A stretch of 62,961 nucleotides of DNA from a virus (lineage: Duplodnaviria; Caudoviricetes). The notes under the pieces were generated by a model. It ran no database searches and was not told where the DNA came from. It saw only the letters and a program-made list of their open reading frames with translations. A program made the translations under genes and the position numbers. The stretch is taken from positions 1-62,961 of the IMG/VR virus record IMGVR_UViG_3300048592_000259. One strand, given 5' to 3'. Shown in pieces: positions 54,701-60,700 of the stretch (within the stretch, counting starts at the first letter, position 1; each line of letters begins with the position of its first letter).

Positions 54701-57700
54701 GTTGCCGTCGGCCGACTCGCCGGCCGTGGTCGCGTAGCTGTTCGCGCCCTGGAGCGCGAGGCGCACGGTCACATGGTCGCCGTAGCTCGCCTTCTCCTTC
54801 GTCACGGCGACCGGGAAGCCGCCCAGGTGCCCGACGACGATCGGCGGCTGGTTCATGCCGACTTCGCTGACGGCGCGCGCGAAGGCGCCCGCCGCCTCCA
54901 CGCGGTCGGCGTAGCGGCGATCGCCCACGGTCATCAGGAAGGCGTCCCCGCGCGTCGACACCACGCGGCCCGCGTCGAGCTTCGCGCGCTCGGCGTAGGC
55001 ACGCTGGTTCGTCGCGTACTGTTCGAGCTTCGTTGCCTCCAGCCGGAGCCGGTAGGCGTTCTCGTTGTGGCGGGCCTGGGACGACGTGAGGCGCGACAAC
55101 TCGCCGTCGACGTTGGCCTTTTCGAGGATGAGCGGGTTCCCCGAGGCGAACGCCTTCAACTCGGCGTAGGTCAGGGCGCGGTCGCTGACTTCCTCGATTT
55201 CGCGCACCGACGGATCCGCGCGCATCACCTGGTCGATGAAGGCCGACTTGCGCTCGACCGCCGACCACATGAAGGCGTCGAAGGACCCCTCGGTGATGTA
55301 GTGCCAGAGTTCGACTTCCTCGTTCTCGTTGCCCTGCCGCACCATGCGGCCGTTGCGCTGTTCAACGTCGGCGGGACGCCACGGCACGTCCAGATGGTGC
55401 AGGGCCTTCAGGAGGCGCTGGACGTTCGTGCCGGCGCCCATCTTGTCGGTCGAACCCAGCAGGATGCGCACGCGGCCGGCGCGCACGTCCTCGAACAGCC
55501 GATCCTTCTTGAGGTCGGTGTCCGCGTCCTGGATGAAGGCGACTTCGTTCGCCGGCACGCCCGCCTTCACGAGCTTGTCGCGGATGTCCTGGTAGACGCT
55601 GAACTTGCCCTTGTGGGGCGTCGAGAGGTCCGAGAAGATCAACTGCGACGACTTCGCCGCGCGCGTCTCGGTCCAGATCCGCAGGACGTTGGCGACCGCC
55701 TTGTTCACCTTCGACTCGGGGTCGTCCGCCGCCTTCGGGTCGACCAGGCGCATGTCGAGCGCGGCCTTGCGACCCTCGCTCGTGATCTTGAGCATGTTGT
55801 CCTGCCGCGGGTCGACCGTGCCGGTCTTGATCGCCTCGGCGCGCGCCACGAGATCCGCGACGAACGCTTCCATTTCGGCGGTCTTCGGCGAGGTCATCGA
55901 CTGCGGCTTGCCGCCGCGCAGCTTCGGCACCGGCAGCTTGAGCATGTCCGCCGTCTTCACGTCGGCGAACTCCCCGAACATCTGCGCGAGCTCGCCCACG
56001 TTGACGAACTTCGCGAACCGGGTCTTCGGAGCGTACCCGCCGCCGTCGGCGCGCATCTCGTACTGCGTGACCGCCTCGCCGAACTGAGCGGCCCAATTGT
56101 CGAATTGGTCGAGCCCCGCGGCCTGGAGGGACTTCATGCCCAGGTACCGCTGCATCGTGAACATTTCCGTCACGCTGTTCGCGATCGGGGTGCCGGTCAT
56201 GAAGACCACGGCGCCGCGGCCGTTCGCCTGGTCGTTCAACCACGCCGTCTTCAACAGCATGTCGGTCGACCGCTGCGAGTCCGCCGTGCCGATACCCGGC
56301 ATGCGGTCCATTTTCGTCTCGAAGCCGAGGTTCTTGAAGTAGTGGGCTTCGTCGACGAACAGGCGATCGACGCCGAGTTCCTCGAAGCGCACCACGTCGT
56401 CCTTCGCCGCCATCGCCAGTTGCCGGTCGAGGCGCGCCTTCAGGTCCTTCTTGCGCTTCTCCAGGCGCTTCTGGAGACGGCTGTTCTTCCCGCCGCCCTG
56501 GGTCTGAGCCTGTTCGAGGATGGCTTCCTCGACCTGCCGGATGCGCTCCTGGATGAAGTTGGCGACGTACTCGTCCGACATCGCGAGCTTCTGGAACGAC
56601 GAGTGCGTGATGACGATGCCGTCCCAATTCCCGGTCGCGATGCGCGAGGCGAGCTCCTTCCGCTTTTCGGCGACCAGATCCTCCTTGCGCGCCAGCAGCA
56701 GGTTCGCGTTCGGGTACAGCTGGAGCCATTCCCGCGAGTACTGTTCCAGCATGTGATTCGGAACGACGTGCATCGGCTTGCGCGCCGCGCCGATCCGCTT
56801 CAACTCCATGCTGCCGGCGATCGCCGTGAAGGTCTTGCCGGCGCCGACCGCGTGCGCGAGCAGGGTGTTCCCGCCCGTGACGATCCGCCACGCACCGTCC
56901 TTCACGTTCTGGCGCAGCTTGATGAGCGGGTTCGTGCCCGGCAGCGTCAGGTGCGACCCGTCGTACTTCCGCAGCTGGGTCGTGTTGAACTCGTCGTTGT
57001 AGAGGCGAGCGAGCGCGTCGCGCACGTCGTCGGTGCGCATCCACCACGCCTCGAACTCGGCGCGGATCGCGTCGATCTTCTCGGCCGCGGCCAGCGTCGC
57101 GGCGGTGTTGACCGTCGTGGTGCCGTCCGAATGGTGAATCAGGATCTTCGGCTTCTGCTGGTTCAGGGCCGACTCGAACAGCGACAGCGCGTGCAGTTCG
57201 GGCGTGCCCCATACCCCGCGCATCTGCGGCGTGTCCGTGTTCACCGAGCGCGGCGTGACGCGCCAGTCCGATGTGGTGGGCGAGAAGTGGATGTCGAAGG
57301 CGTTGCGCTGCGGGGTGCCGAACGTCTCCTGCGCGAAGCGCGCCAGCACGTCGGTCGGAATCCACCGCTGGCCCAGGCGGGCGCGGATGGCCGACGGCAC
57401 CAGGTCTTGCGGGATGACGGCGCGCAGCGCCTTGGCGTTCGCCTCGAAGGCCGGATCGGTCAGGGCGGCCGCCTCCGCTTCCCGGAGCTTCGCGCGCACG
57501 TTGCCCGACAGGTACGCCTCGGACTGCTGCCACGAACGTTCCACCGGGTCGAGGTAGATGCGCCCGTCGAGCCCGCCGATCAACTCGGCCTCGGAGAAGC
57601 CCGTCAGCCGGCTCATGTGCGCCAGGTCGACGCGCCCGAGCTCGTTCAGGGAGGCGGTCAGCGCGTCGATCGCGTTGTCGGCCGACGTGATCGGCACCGA

Positions 57701-60700
57701 CCGCTGGACCGTGCGCTGGGTGAACACGTCGGCCTTCGCCGCCGTCTTCTTCTCGGGGTTCCACTTCTCCAGGGCGAGCAGGAGCGGCGCGTCCGAGTCT
57801 TCGATGATGGTCGCGCGGTTCGCCTTCTCGTTCAGGTAGCCGTGCTTCTTGACGAAGGCGTCGTAGGCGTCGTTCAGGGCCGCGGCGGTGGCGTCGAAGC
57901 GCGCCTGGTCGTCCGTCTCGACCTGGGTGCGCAGGTGCGCGCGCGCGGCGTCGCGAATGGCGATCGCCGCCGTCACCTTCGCCGCGTCCAGGTGGCTCAT
58001 GGGCTGGAGCAGCCCGCGGCCCTTCTGGAAGACCTTGCCGTTCTTCACGACCAGCGCGCCCGGCTTGATGTCGTCCGGCGCCGGGATCGGCTCGTCGAAC
58101 ACCTTCGAGGTCGCGATCGGCTTCACCCCGTCGGCGGGGAGCTTGGCGATCGCGTCGCGGATGCTCGCCGGCAGGTCGCGGCCGTCCGACTTGAGCGCTG
58201 CGTCGCCGCGGCCGTACATCGTGCCCTCGCGCGTCATCCGCCCCATCATCATTTCGGGATGGGCGACGAAGTACTCGTTGACGCGCAGGTCGCCGTCCGC
58301 CGATTTGATCGTGTCCAGGTTCAGCCACTTCGCCTCGCCGGGCGCGGGATCCGCCTCGCGCTCGCGCTTGCGCAGGAAGATGATGTCCGTCGTGACTTCG
58401 GTGTTCGCGTTCGCCTTGAAGGCGTCGTTCGGCAGGCGGATCGCGCCCAGGAATTCGCCCTTGCGCGCGATCAGCGCGCGGGCCGCGCTGTTCATCTTGT
58501 CCATCGTGCCGTCGCTCGTGACGAACGCGACGACGCCGCCAGGGCGCACGCGGTCGAGCGCCTTGGCGAAGAAGTAGTCGTGGATGAACAGCTTGTGCTT
58601 GTTGTACTTCGGGTCGCTGACGGTGTAGTCGCCGAACGGGACGTTCGAGATTGCCACGTCGAAGAAGCCGTCCGGGAACTGCGCCTGCTCGAAGCCCTGC
58701 ACCCGCACGTCGGCGGTCTGGTACAGCTGCTTGGAGATCCGGCCGGACAGGCTGTCGAGTTCCACCCCGGCGAGCGTCGACGCGCTGCGCGCGGCGTCCG
58801 GCATCAGGCCGAAGAAGTGGCCGACGCCCATCGCGGGCTCCAGGACGCGACCGCCCTTGAAGCCCATGTGCGCGAGCGCGTCCCACATCGACGTGATGAT
58901 CTGCGGCGCGGTGTAGTGGGCGTTCGGCGTCGACCCGCGCGCGAGTTCGTATTCCTCCTTCGTCAGGAGGTCGAATAGCTCGCGGCGCTCCTTCGCCCAC
59001 TCGGGGGACTGGCCGCGTTCCATCGACATCGGGCCGTAGCCCGACCGGTTCGTCTCCTTCAGCCAGCCGTCGAAGTAGTCGTAGTGGCCGAGGTAGAAGG
59101 CGTTCTTCATGCCGCCCCACCCGACGTAGCGCGAAAGCGTCTCCTGCTCGGCCGGCGTCGCGGCGCGGCCCTCGGATTCGAGCGTCTTCAGGACGCGGAT
59201 CGCTTCGAGGTTGCCGGCGTACTTCTGCTTCAACCCGCCGGTCCCGATCGTCTCGGGCCGCGTGATGCGGAAATTTACGCCCGTGCGCGTGGGCGGCTTG
59301 TACGCGATGGGGCGTCGTACCCGTTCGCGTCCGCCTCCCTTGTCTCCGCGTCCTTGGTCAGCAGCAGGTCCGGAATCACCGCCGCTTCCGCCTCGACGAG
59401 AGCGGTCCCCGGATCCGCCCCCTTCGCGATCAGGCTGTCCATCATCGCGTCGACCGCGTTGAACGTTTCCTCGGCCTTCGCCGCCACCGTCGCGTTGAGC
59501 GTCCCGTCCGCCTGCATCTGCTCGAACGCTTCCGGGTCCGCCTCCTTGAGGCTTCGCCGCGCCATCGTTTCGTACTTCTTGGGTGCCACCTTGGCCTCCT
59601 TGCGAGAACAGGTCGTCGAACAGGTCCGCGATCGCGCCGGGCGACTCCTTCTTCGCGCGCGCGACGACGGCCTTACGCTCCGGAACCGGGTCGCCGAACA
59701 GGTCGAGCGTTTCGCGCGCGTGGTATTCGCGCGCCTCTTTGCGACCACCGAGCCGGAAGTCGTGGCGCGGGAAGATGCCGGCGGCCTGAATCGAACCCGT
59801 GATCGGGTAGGAATTCGGGTCCGCCGTCACGGGCGCATCGACGATGGCGTCGCGCAGGAATCCGTTGGACACGGCCACCGAGGCTACGCGCCCGAGATTG
59901 TTCGGAACGCCGACCGCGAAGATGCCGTTGCCGCTTCCGGACGCCCGCGCGAGGCGGGACAGCATCGCGCCGGTCCGCAGGTTCTCCTTGAATCGTTCGT
60001 GCGGGATTTCTGCGAGCAGGGTGATCTTGTTGTCGGCCCCCACGCCGATGAGCGCGATCATGCCCGGCTTCTGGATCTTCTTGCCGATCCGCGCTACGTC
60101 GTATTCGTTTTCGACGCGATCGTAGCCGAGATCCTTCGCCGGGGCGGGCGCGTTCGCCGCGAGGGTGCGGACTTCCGCCACGAACCTTTTCCGCTTCCGG
60201 TCAATCCGGATCAGCCCGAACTTGTTCGTGTCGAGGATGACGTGCCCGCCGTATAGCTTCGCGAGCGCCTTATTTCCGAGAATGTAGTCGGTCAGGTTGA
60301 CATCGGAGCTCGATGCCTCGGGGCGCCCGGACGGGTGGTTGTGCATCAGGTAGAACTTGTCCGCGTCGAGCGACTTCGCGATGTACTCCAGGCGCAGCAG
60401 GAACATCTTCGGCGAGCCGACGAACGCCGCGGTTACTGACGGCAGGCGCGAGGTCACCGCTTCCTCGTGGATGACCTTACCGCCCTTGGTGAAGACGTAG
60501 CGCATCGTCTCGTAGCGCGGGTCGCGGTAGACCTGTGCGACCGCCGCCAGGTCGGCGTAGCTCGTGACCGGCTTCCCGAGCAGCGTCGATTCCCCGTCGC
60601 GGATCATGTCGAGATTGATCGCCGCGGCGAGGACCGACACGCGGCCGGCCTGGGTGAGTTCGCGCATGGCGCCGTCGCGCGCGGCCTTCGCCTTCGCGTT

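Noticed and set aside
55362-59120. Long same-strand alternative-frame ORFs (1252 aa here; also 51618-54371, 43211-45703, 12701-15127)
   Set aside because: Arg/Pro/Gly-rich off-frame readings over well-conserved domains, without the SD and codon-bias switch seen for the accepted nested ORFs
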